The translations under genes and the position numbers were made by a program. A DNA stretch of 64,000 nt from a virus. The stretch covers positions 1 to 64,000 of the IMG/VR virus record IMGVR_UViG_3300020202_000064, one strand, 5' to 3'. The notes under the pieces were generated by a model. That model was not told where the DNA came from. It searched no databases and worked only from the letters and a program-made list of their open reading frames with translations. Positions 52,435-60,987 of the stretch are shown piece after piece (the stretch's first letter is position 1; each line of letters starts with the position of its first letter).

Positions 52435-52435
52435 G

Positions 52436-52669
52436 TTAACTCAAAATTACACCCAAATCATTAACTTCGTTTTCAAACTCGTCGAACGTCGGTTCAATAT
52501 CTTCCATTGAGGCATCGATTCTTTTCTGCTTCATGCGACGATACTGAGTGTGACAGACTGCCAATCTTTGTTTATCATTACCATATTCCTTTTGCATCAA
52601 ATCCGAATCCATACAACGATTGATGAATTCAGTCTGTTTTTCATTGGACTTTGGTGTAGGCAGTGGCAT
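52436..52669 (-). CDS. Small conserved phage protein
   Basis: MPLPTP..E...FINRCM...EY....QRLAVC; GTGTAA motif 8 nt upstream. Confidence 0.65.
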   Translation of the reverse strand: MPLPTPKSNEKQTEFINRCMDSDLMQKEYGNDKQRLAVCHTQYRRMKQKRIDASMEDIEPTFDEFENEVNDLGVILS

Positions 52670-52699
52670 ACACTATATTACACTAAATGTCACCTAAAA

Positions 52700-52786
52700 T
52701 GGTGGTCCCGGTGGGATTTGAACCCACAGTGCCCGAAGGCGGCAGATTTACAGTCTGCTACGTCTACCAATTGACGCGTCGTGACC
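52700..52786 (-). tRNA. tRNA-Tyr(GTA)
   Basis: Loop CTGTAAA, class II, CCA. Confidence 0.9.
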
Positions 52787-52944
52787 ATCATACGAACTAC
52801 GGTACATATGATTTATCATCACCCCAATGCCTTGGGCCGATTTTTTGCGAGGTTGTACATTCCTCCGTTCGTATTCTGTATTAGGGATGCCTCCCTTTTA
52901 ACATATGAGAGATAGGTGAGTTAATTACACTCACTTATCTTTGA

Positions 52945-53038
52945 CTAAGTATATTTTTATCACCCCATAAATTTGAAATGGCGGGGTGTGAAGGAATTGA
53001 ACCTTCTGTTTCCAGAAAAGTCATGCTGTTAATACTTA
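52945..53038 (-). ncRNA. ACAGC-stem RNA 10 (permuted T arm plus acceptor)
   Basis: TAAGTAT-TAACAGCAT...ATACTTAG enclosing GAAGGTTCAATTCCTTC, CACCCC-GCCA, linker, GGGGTG. Confidence 0.78.
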
Positions 53039-53039
53039 A

Positions 53040-53116
53040 TGGTGCGGTCAGAGGGACTCGAACCCCCACTAAAAGATTCGTAATCTTTCGTGCTAATTCC
53101 ATTACACTATGTCCGC
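53040..53116 (-). tRNA. tRNA-Arg(ACG)
   Basis: Loop TTACGAA, CCA. Confidence 0.9.
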
Positions 53117-53166
53117 ATATCGACGGGCCTACCCGCCGTGGTTTAACCAATTTTTAGGAAAAATAA

Positions 53167-53289
53167 CTAAGTTCGTTTTTTTCGTTGTTCTGCTTTAAAC
53201 TAACTTGCTGAAATTGAAATTGGTGGCAAGTGAAGTGCGCTACGCTCCATCTCCGTCTTATGTGATGATTTAACCGCTGTTAGAACTTA
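53167..53289 (-). ncRNA. ACAGC-stem RNA 11 (permuted tRNA core)
   Basis: TAAGTTC-TAACAGCGG...GAACTTAG enclosing degenerate T arm, ACTTGCC-ACCA, linker, AGCAAGT, D-like arm. Confidence 0.75.
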
Positions 53290-53290
53290 A

Positions 53291-53364
53291 TGGTCCACCT
53301 AGAAAGATTCGAACTTTCACCTTACCGCCCCAAACGGTAAACGCTGCCTTTACGCTATAGATGG
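53291..53364 (-). tRNA. tRNA-Pro(TGG)
   Basis: Loop TTTGGGG, C1-G72, CCA. Confidence 0.88.
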
Positions 53365-53619
53365 ATAATTACTCTGAATCCCAACCGATTAGTTGGGCAA
53401 GTCAAGTCTGCCTGCTCGCACGGACTTTCGTTAAAGTATCGCTGGCGCTCGATACCAAAGCGGAAATTTTTCCCTCTCCCCTCTCCCGAGGTTTGAGTTG
53501 GCGGTGACATACTAACTTCCAAAAGTCACCCTTCGTAATCTGTTAAAATGAACGTCCTTCCTTTCGGTCGGATGTACGAGCCGCATTTTTTAAGATACGC
53601 TCGATAAACTATGCCCAAC

Positions 53620-53647
53620 ACCTTACCATAGGTTTTGCATTCGTCAA
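53620..53647 (-). promoter_or_regulatory. Putative sigma70-like promoter at the head of the RNA island
   Basis: TTGACG-16 nt-TAAGGT. Confidence 0.4.
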
Positions 53648-53712
53648 GAGATTTTCTTGATTTCCTTTGCATTACTTACGTAAACCGTTGAACTTTAAAG
53701 AACTAAAATGGG

Positions 53713-53742
53713 AAAGCCGGGGGGTTTTATTCCACCGGCTTT
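53713..53742. terminator. Intrinsic terminator-like hairpin
   Basis: AAAGCCGG...CCGGCTTT inverted repeat downstream of ORF 53778-54023. Confidence 0.55.
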
Positions 53743-53777
53743 CGAAGCTTTCTTTGCTTTGGGCTTTTTAGCCGGTG

Positions 53778-54023
53778 TTATTCATCAATCACTAATCCGA
53801 GTTTGGAGGCGACGAGATTAAATACGTATTCGTCATCTGTACCCCAATTTTCATATTCTACGCCTTCAATTGTAACTCGGTTTACGGTTAGGGTCGCAGC
53901 GCTCGAATCTAATAAGGCCCATTGAACACTAGCAGATTGTGAAAGAACAAGATGAACATCGTCAACGCGCAATTGCGTTGCGGTATTGGGGAATACTGTG
54001 ACTGGCTCGATGTTCTTTATCAT
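53778..54023 (-). CDS. Small hypothetical phage protein
   Basis: YENWGTDDEYV; GTGTAA motif upstream. Confidence 0.55.
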   Translation of the reverse strand: MIKNIEPVTVFPNTATQLRVDDVHLVLSQSASVQWALLDSSAATLTVNRVTIEGVEYENWGTDDEYVFNLVASKLGLVIDE

Positions 54024-54073
54024 ATTGTCTGTATAGGATATTACACGTAAAAAGGGAGAATTTGCAACAAAAC

Positions 54074-54910
54074 TTACAATTTTCTCAATTTAAACTCTTC
54101 AATCTTCTCATCAGGAACAAGGAGAATGTCCTGTCGCCATTCTGAATAGATGGTAAGCGGCTCAAGGCAATAGCCACAATACATACTGTAACCAATGTAA
54201 TCCTGCAATTGTTTGATTGCCATATGCGTGCGCGGGAACCACTCGGCATGAATCACGGGACGATGTTCCTTAATAATATCCCTGAAACTCCACAAGATGT
54301 GGAAGTCATGCCCCTCAGTATCGATTTTAATAAACGAGATATCGGCAAAGTTAACCTGTGGCCCAAGAAACTTTTCAAAACTGACAGCGCGAATCAAACG
54401 GGGTACTGTGTAAGTTCCAACCCAAGAATTCGTAGAAGGATGCCCGCCATTATCATCGGTGGCCGAATATAGAAATTGGTGGATACCTTCATGTTCCATA
54501 ACGGCATAAGGACAACCAACAATATTCATACTTGGGTTAAGCCCCAAATTGATATTAAGTTGTGACGAAAAGCTCGGACTACATTCGAAAGCAAATACTT
54601 TACCACCATCCGTGAGGATAGAAATGGCCAAACTCGTGTCACCATCGTAGGCACCAATATCAACCGCCACTGAACCAGAACGAACGAATCGATGATTGAC
54701 GTTGATGAAATTATTTACGAACTCTGAGTATGGAGTTGGTAACGAGCCGCGTTTCTGTGGCGCTTTATGACAGAAGGCTATCTTATAATCTTTATCTTTA
54801 TAATTTACCTTAAATTTCTCAACATGAGTCAGGATATCATTACCTTTTAATTCCTCGATGTGAGGAAGACCATCAATATAATTCTTTTCGTTGACGTAAG
54901 GGGGAGACAT
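54074..54910 (-). CDS. FkbM-family methyltransferase
   Basis: VDIGAYDG, VFAFE, FIKIDTEGHD. Confidence 0.88.
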   Translation of the reverse strand: MSPPYVNEKNYIDGLPHIEELKGNDILTHVEKFKVNYKDKDYKIAFCHKAPQKRGSLPTPYSEFVNNFINVNHRFVRSGSVAVDIGAYDGDTSLAISILTDGGKVFAFECSPSFSSQLNINLGLNPSMNIVGCPYAVMEHEGIHQFLYSATDDNGGHPSTNSWVGTYTVPRLIRAVSFEKFLGPQVNFADISFIKIDTEGHDFHILWSFRDIIKEHRPVIHAEWFPRTHMAIKQLQDYIGYSMYCGYCLEPLTIYSEWRQDILLVPDEKIEEFKLRKL

Positions 54911-55108
54911 AATAAAATTATTGAGCCATCAGACCACCAAGCGCAATGCCGCCGATTAGAGTAAATCCAATGTCGTTTTGAATACCACCAGCAATGATGA
55001 ACACAGCCGCAATTAATCCTAAAATCACGGCCCTAAACAAATCGTGTAGTTTCTTCTGCGTCATAAATAATGAAACCCGTCGCTGTTATACGACGGGAAT
55101 CAGTTTCC

Positions 55109-56644
55109 TTAAGCCTTAATCGGTTCGTACCTTTCGGTATTCACCGTCTGCAAGAACATGTCCCATGGGGAAGTAATCTTGCCACTCATAATTGTCTTGA
55201 GGATGCTTGGGGAAGCACCCGAACACAACATGACACCCTTTTCGTCAAACTTCACCGGACTGTCTGAGTAGGCGTTAACCTGCCAGAATACAATATCAGG
55301 AAGTTTATATCCTGCTTGCGCATATTGCCGCTTAATTGCTTCGTGGTTTGTTCCACCATTAACACAATTAAACTGCATATCAGATATGATAACAATCTTT
55401 GATGGCATTTCAGACTGTGGCACGTTATTTTGGATAGCGTGGCGAAGAATTGCTTGGAACGAAGATTGTACATTCGTGGAGCCGCCCCAATCAGCCGAAT
55501 TAAGGTTAATCAATTTCTCCTTGAGATTTCCGCCAACAACCTTCTGCAAACGGGAGTCGTCTGAGAAAGTTAGGAAATAACCGTTGAATGCGCCGCGATT
55601 ACGCTCTGCCGTATAAAGGGCGAGTGAAACGCAGATATCGATTGGGCTTACACTTTCGCCATAACGAACACCCAAATTTCCCATGGAGCCGGAAACGTCC
55701 GCAACAACAAGGATATTGTCGTTCTTCCCTTCTGTGTAGTCGGGAAGTGCATTCCATTGCGCTTCGATTGTACGAAGGTCGTTACCGTCCTTCTGTGTAA
55801 TTCCGCGCATCAAATCATACGGATATAGCGTTGCAGAATTAATCTTCGCTTCGCCCTTCTCGACCTTGGTCAAGAACTTCTCATAGCGCTTTGGGTCGTG
55901 CTTGTTAAAGGCAGACTTGTAAATAAGCGCAGCACGAGATGGTACTTGCTCAAAGTTAATCTTGCTCCATTCACCACTGGTCATCAACCGTTCAACGATA
56001 CCGATTTCCTCACGAAGACCGGACAACATCTTACGATATGCCTTTGGTGACATTTTCATTGCGGCGCGAACCTTTTCAGCCAAACGACGTGTCGTCGCGC
56101 TGGAAGCCTGCGCAGATGGTGCCCATTTTGCAGCCAATGTAATCGCTTCGCCCTTTGCCTTCTTATAAGCATCGGTCTTCAATTGGGACGCAACGAAAAC
56201 CAATGCATCCTTCTCCAATGGAGTGCCCTCCAAGGATTCAAGAACATTGTCGAAACGGGTATATTCAGGAACGTGCTGAATAAGCTTCTTTGCCACAGGC
56301 GCGTCATTCTTCGCGAGCCAGTTAAGACCCAAGCGAAAAAGACGACGTTCACCCTGTCCGCCGCGCACGTCACCCAAATAGAATAACGTCCTTAGTGCAA
56401 GGGTTTTATCTTCTGCATATGCGGCGCTGAAAAGCTTTGTAACTTCGGCATCGGCTTGATTGCGCAATGCGCCACCTCGCGAGAACAAGTCCAGCAAGGA
56501 TGTGCCAGTGGTTGAATGTGATACTGCGCCGTTTAAGGTTGTAGTATCTTTCGTTTGCATAGCGCTAATAAGCGCATTCTGCTTCTTAGGGGTTGCAGTG
56601 TTACGGGTAAACTGCCCCAATGAGTTTCTCTTTATATTCTTCAT
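55109..56644 (-). CDS. Ro60/TROVE-like helical domain plus vWA protein (DUF2828-type)
   Basis: DVRGGQGERR, LAAKWAPS, VPSRA, LYPYD, MIDAS DVSGSM, TFS, ISDMQF. Confidence 0.85.
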   Translation of the reverse strand: MKNIKRNSLGQFTRNTATPKKQNALISAMQTKDTTTLNGAVSHSTTGTSLLDLFSRGGALRNQADAEVTKLFSAAYAEDKTLALRTLFYLGDVRGGQGERRLFRLGLNWLAKNDAPVAKKLIQHVPEYTRFDNVLESLEGTPLEKDALVFVASQLKTDAYKKAKGEAITLAAKWAPSAQASSATTRRLAEKVRAAMKMSPKAYRKMLSGLREEIGIVERLMTSGEWSKINFEQVPSRAALIYKSAFNKHDPKRYEKFLTKVEKGEAKINSATLYPYDLMRGITQKDGNDLRTIEAQWNALPDYTEGKNDNILVVADVSGSMGNLGVRYGESVSPIDICVSLALYTAERNRGAFNGYFLTFSDDSRLQKVVGGNLKEKLINLNSADWGGSTNVQSSFQAILRHAIQNNVPQSEMPSKIVIISDMQFNCVNGGTNHEAIKRQYAQAGYKLPDIVFWQVNAYSDSPVKFDEKGVMLCSGASPSILKTIMSGKITSPWDMFLQTVNTERYEPIKA

Positions 56645-56647
56645 AAA

Positions 56648-56684
56648 CTAAGTAATTTTTAATTGTTAATGCTGACATTACTTA
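56648..56684 (-). promoter_or_regulatory. Minimal ACAGC-stem copy in the 5' UTR of the Ro60-like gene
   Basis: TAAGTAA-TGTCAGCAT...TTACTTAG-TTT-ATG. Confidence 0.65.
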
Positions 56685-56746
56685 AATAACTAAATTCTAC
56701 GTTGTAGGACATTTTAGTGTCCGTCAAGACATTTGTGCAAATTATT

Positions 56747-57415
56747 TTATGCCGCTGCCATAGCGCCCATCAAATATTCTGCCCATTCATGACGAGGCGT
56801 CACGTTAGGGGGAAGAGTGTAGTGAACGGGACGAATTTTCATCTTTGCTTCGATTGGCTTGCCAAAGATATCCAATTTGGGCATGGCGTGTCCAGCACGG
56901 GAATTACAAGACTTGCAAGCAAGCGCAATGTTATCCTCGTGATTTTTACCACCAAAAGCCTTTGAATGAATATGTTCGCGACTAGCCTCACTCAGTTTGA
57001 TTTTCGTATAGCAGAAGCAGCACTTACCATCATAGTAATCATATACTTCTCTAAGTGGTGGCAATGCAACTTGGCCATCCTTGTTTTCCTTTCGTTCCTT
57101 CAGCAGTTTTTTCCGCTTGAAGAAGAAATCTTCGTTTGCAACAAAGATGGTTGGAATAACCCAAATATTATCCTTGTACGAAGCATTAAAGCCGCTCCGC
57201 ATGAAGGGTTGGTCAGGTAAAACCGAAATGTTTCGAGAAATGTAACGGTCCCACTTATATGGAACACCATTGGCATCGATACCCGTCCCCTTACCCTTCA
57301 GTAGAGAGTAGAACGCCGCCCGAGCCGTAGCGATACCAAATGGCATGTACGCCGGGTCAAGGAGTAGCGTCGTTATTTGTTCTGGATTTACAACTTTCAT
57401 TTCAGACGTGAGCAT
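56747..57415 (-). CDS. HNH endonuclease (McrA-like)
   Basis: CCFC, EHIHSKAFGG, NIALACKSCN. Confidence 0.85.
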   Translation of the reverse strand: MLTSEMKVVNPEQITTLLLDPAYMPFGIATARAAFYSLLKGKGTGIDANGVPYKWDRYISRNISVLPDQPFMRSGFNASYKDNIWVIPTIFVANEDFFFKRKKLLKERKENKDGQVALPPLREVYDYYDGKCCFCYTKIKLSEASREHIHSKAFGGKNHEDNIALACKSCNSRAGHAMPKLDIFGKPIEAKMKIRPVHYTLPPNVTPRHEWAEYLMGAMAAA

Positions 57416-57694
57416 ATGGAAACAGCGTGGCCAATGTCAAGAACTTACAGAAAAAATATCACTCTTTCGACATATCTTCCTCTTCATCAGGAAGTTGCAA
57501 ATTTCCATTTTTCTCTAACTTTTCCAGCGAGTTATTATCACCGAGAATAATCGCGTTCATAGTTGGTATCATTGCGATAAAACTAAGTAGGTTGTACTCC
57601 TTCTCCCCTTTATCGTTTAAAGTTACCAGAATTACATGGCTTTCATCGTCGTCTGCGCCAAATTTGGCCAGACCTCGTTTCAGGTCTTTCAATT

Positions 57695-60322
57695 TCATTT
57701 TGGGTCTTTCTCAAGTTCTTTCAAATCTGCTAATTTCGTATAAATCTTTTCATCTTGAACAACGATTGTATGTGCAAACACCGTATTACCATCCTTCTTA
57801 GTTCCTTCAAATACAACAATGTTATCTTCATCTGGTAAAGAACCACCGTTTTTTTCCTTCATCGAATCGATGTTACCAACGGTACTACCACGACCAACCG
57901 TATTAAATATCATCAAAGTGATTTCACCACGTTCATCAGCGACGCGATACTTTACATATTTATTCTTATTCTTACTAATACCGGTACGTTTTTCCAGTAT
58001 CGTTCCAATACCACGAACTTTCACACCTTCAACCTCGGTGTTAATCTCATCTAATGGCATAAGGTTTTCGAAATGCTCACTAAAAATTGACATCAGTGTC
58101 CCCGAATAAGAGAAGCCAAGTAGCAACTTTTCGAAGTAATAATTGGCAAACTTTTCGTGCTTTCTATTCTGTTCCCAAATCTGTTTATACTTACTATACT
58201 TGGACATGAATGTTGTCCATCGCTCTGGTTTAATCAGAGGTTTGCCCTTTTCGTTTTTCGCATCCTTAATAAAAGCCAAGGTGTCCAAAATATCATATTT
58301 GAAACGAGGGGCATACTCGTTAACAAGCTGGCGCTCCTTATCTGATAACATACCGGGAGACGAAGATAGGTATGTCTGTAATTCTAGTACGGTACGGATT
58401 CGACTCGCGCCAACACTCTGTAGACATCCCGCTTGAGCAAGCGCGGCGCCCACCCCAACAGACAGTCCTGATTCGCGCAGAGCGTTAAACATGGAAATCT
58501 TATTAGGTTTGTCTTTTGACCTAAACATTTTTACCTTCTCAATGGTCTTGTCGGAGATACCCTTAATAAATCCCAATCCATAACGAATGTTTCCATTCTC
58601 CATTGTAAAATCAATGTCGGATAGTGCCAAGTCGGGCGGCAGGATTTTAATCCCAAAATGATGCATCTCACGCTCCACTTTCGCGACTTCTTCCTGCGGT
58701 GTGCGACCAGATTGAGATTTAGATTCGCATAAACAGGACCAATAAAATTGTAATGGGTACTTATACTTTAGATAAGTGGTGAGCGCCGAAGTCATGGAGG
58801 TAGCAAGACTATGTGAGGCATTAAATGAATACCTAGAACTGTCTTCTAGAATCTTCCACAACACATCGCCAACTCTGTCATCAAAGCCGTTTTTCTTCGC
58901 CGTTTCATAGATACGCTGTTTCCACGCGTTGATTTCATCTACCTTCTTCTTACCAACAATGCGGCGAATTTGTTCGGCCTCTTCACCTGTAAAACCAAGC
59001 TTCATCGCCATATTAAGGAATTGCTCCTGATATAGACATACGTTGCGGGTTGGACCTAGAATGTCAGCAAACGCAGGATGGGGGCATACTGCCTTTCTTT
59101 CGGCATAATCATCAACATAGGCCAATGCACCCGGACGCGCTGTCGCGGAAACGTCAGAAAGTTCGTCCAGATTCTTCGGTCTGAATTTATTCAATACCCG
59201 ATATGCGGTGTCAGCCGAAATTTGATATAATCCATAGGGAAGTAGCCGCCCATTCTGATAGGGACCATAAATAATGGGGTCGTTCTTCAACTTAGGGCGA
59301 ATGTCTGACAGTTTCTCGGGGATTACATCTTCAATTCGCTTAAGAATTGCATTAGTAGAAAGACCTAGAAGGTCGAGTTTAATGGCAAATTCGGCGGCAT
59401 CTTCTTTTGCCAAACCACATGTCACTTCACCTTCTTTGTTAAGTTGGAGTGGTACGTAACCATACAACGGTCGTGCACAAATAAGATATCCACTGGCGTG
59501 TTTACCTTCCTGAGATATCAGGTCACGTAACGACAAACAAATATTGTAGGTTTCGGGATGTGATTCGGCCCAAGCTTTAAATTCTTCGCTCTTTTCGGGC
59601 ATCTTCTCGATATCTTCAACGATACCCTGATTCTTTTCGACCATGTTCGAAATACGCTTGGCTTCATCCGGGTCAACTTCGTCATAACATTTGTATACAT
59701 CGGTAACAAGCGCTTTACCAGTGAATGTACCTAATGTCATAATCGCAGAAAGACAGCCGGGATAGGTTTCGTGCAGCCACCGCTTAACCTTATCACGTGT
59801 CGGACCAAGGTTCAAATCTGCGTCTGCAATCAGGTCGCCCTTCAAATACATTACCCCACCAATCATTTCTTTCTTCGAACGTGCCCGGTTAACAAACCGC
59901 TCGAAAATCAAATGATGTTCAATTGGGTCTGCGCCAGTAATATCTAGTAGATAAAAGCACAAGCTACTGACCATAGAGCCACGTCCATAGTCAATGAATG
60001 CGCCGAATTCCCGCGCTTTCTCAATAACCTGCCAAACAAGAAGACAGTAATCAATAAAGCCAAGTTCTTCAAGAATCTTTAACTCGTGATTTATGCGCTG
60101 TTCATATTTGGACAACAATTCTGGTTTGAATTCAGCTTTCTTTATATCATAAGAACTACGAACAAGTGCGCCGAAAAATTCAATTGTATTTGCGCCCTCC
60201 TTAAGACCAACCTTAGTATACGATTCGGGGGCAATATGAATTTTTGGCAATTGTACATAGCCAAATTTGTCAATTTCTATCTGTTCAAAATCTTGTGTGA
60301 AACTCATATTTCGAATGCCCAA
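57695..60322 (-). CDS. dnaE: DNA polymerase III alpha subunit, catalytic part lacking PHP (probable start 60307)
   Basis: GRGS, FERF, DADL, HASG, KLDLLGL, YQEQ, YSFNASH, C-terminal OB fold. Confidence 0.92.
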   Translation of the reverse strand: MGIRNMSFTQDFEQIEIDKFGYVQLPKIHIAPESYTKVGLKEGANTIEFFGALVRSSYDIKKAEFKPELLSKYEQRINHELKILEELGFIDYCLLVWQVIEKAREFGAFIDYGRGSMVSSLCFYLLDITGADPIEHHLIFERFVNRARSKKEMIGGVMYLKGDLIADADLNLGPTRDKVKRWLHETYPGCLSAIMTLGTFTGKALVTDVYKCYDEVDPDEAKRISNMVEKNQGIVEDIEKMPEKSEEFKAWAESHPETYNICLSLRDLISQEGKHASGYLICARPLYGYVPLQLNKEGEVTCGLAKEDAAEFAIKLDLLGLSTNAILKRIEDVIPEKLSDIRPKLKNDPIIYGPYQNGRLLPYGLYQISADTAYRVLNKFRPKNLDELSDVSATARPGALAYVDDYAERKAVCPHPAFADILGPTRNVCLYQEQFLNMAMKLGFTGEEAEQIRRIVGKKKVDEINAWKQRIYETAKKNGFDDRVGDVLWKILEDSSRYSFNASHSLATSMTSALTTYLKYKYPLQFYWSCLCESKSQSGRTPQEEVAKVEREMHHFGIKILPPDLALSDIDFTMENGNIRYGLGFIKGISDKTIEKVKMFRSKDKPNKISMFNALRESGLSVGVGAALAQAGCLQSVGASRIRTVLELQTYLSSSPGMLSDKERQLVNEYAPRFKYDILDTLAFIKDAKNEKGKPLIKPERWTTFMSKYSKYKQIWEQNRKHEKFANYYFEKLLLGFSYSGTLMSIFSEHFENLMPLDEINTEVEGVKVRGIGTILEKRTGISKNKNKYVKYRVADERGEITLMIFNTVGRGSTVGNIDSMKEKNGGSLPDEDNIVVFEGTKKDGNTVFAHTIVVQDEKIYTKLADLKELEKDPK

Positions 60323-60987
60323 ATCATTTTCTTAAACACCTCTACGTTTAGAAGTACATCGTAAAGCGCTTCGTGCAAGCGTTCTTCTTCATAAGGCACC
60401 TTAAATTCTTTTGTCATTAAACCCAATCTCCACTTTACCCCCTCACGCATCGAAAGCATACGATACTGCCAAGCGAGGAAATTAGTCCGGTCCGGTTTTA
60501 GTTGTTTTTGATATGCCTTAGCAAGTGCACCAGTATCAATGTATCTAAGGGTTCGACTATAATCATCAGGTGGCAACCCAAGATAACGCCGCCAAACTTG
60601 ATGAATCATAGAGTCGTAACCAAGAATATTATGACCAACAATAAGATATTGAGGGTCATTTGTATAACTCTCAAACTTCTCTAGGATGGGTTTTGGGTCA
60701 ACCGCTTTTTCTTTATATAAGAAAGGGTTGAAGCGCGTCTTTTCCGCCGCCCCCTTACTTACATTCAAGTCGGCCCAATATAAATAATGGTCGTGCTGTT
60801 CCAAAATTTCGGATTGGGTGAATACCACGAAAGAAATCTGATAGGGTCGAGCATAAAACTTGTTTAGGGATTCAGTCTCCTTGTCGAAACAGATATACTT
60901 CTGTTCTTTGTTAAATCTGAGTAAATTATCACCTAGAGTCATGTGGAAAGATTCCTCCAAACCTCGAAGCAGAAGGCATCCGAGCAA
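60304..60987 (-). CDS. DEDDh 3'-5' exonuclease (probable start 60942)
   Basis: FDKET, GHN..YD, IDT, HEALYD. Confidence 0.88.
   Translation of the reverse strand: MLGCLLLRGLEESFHMTLGDNLLRFNKEQKYICFDKETESLNKFYARPYQISFVVFTQSEILEQHDHYLYWADLNVSKGAAEKTRFNPFLYKEKAVDPKPILEKFESYTNDPQYLIVGHNILGYDSMIHQVWRRYLGLPPDDYSRTLRYIDTGALAKAYQKQLKPDRTNFLAWQYRMLSMREGVKWRLGLMTKEFKVPYEEERLHEALYDVLLNVEVFKKMIWAFEI

Noticed and set aside
38790-53150. Short ORFs overlapping tRNA, tmRNA or rnpB (e.g. 40351-40536, 41666-41875, 45531-45740, 50347-50544, 51346-51612, 52935-53150)
   Set aside because: Better explained by the RNA genes; 50347-50544 merely ends in the tmRNA tag frame.
53545-53580. SRP (4.5S) RNA assignment for CCGACCGAAAGGAAGG
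   Set aside because: Lacks the CAGG/AGCAG symmetric loop of SRP helix 8.
40446-56684. ACAGC repeats as a CRISPR array or DNA-level repeat/MITE
   Set aside because: Copies are dispersed and irregularly spaced, and they conserve pairing rather than sequence; there is no cas operon or transposase. The 62649 nuclease is a stand-alone Cas4/RecB-like replication-region gene.
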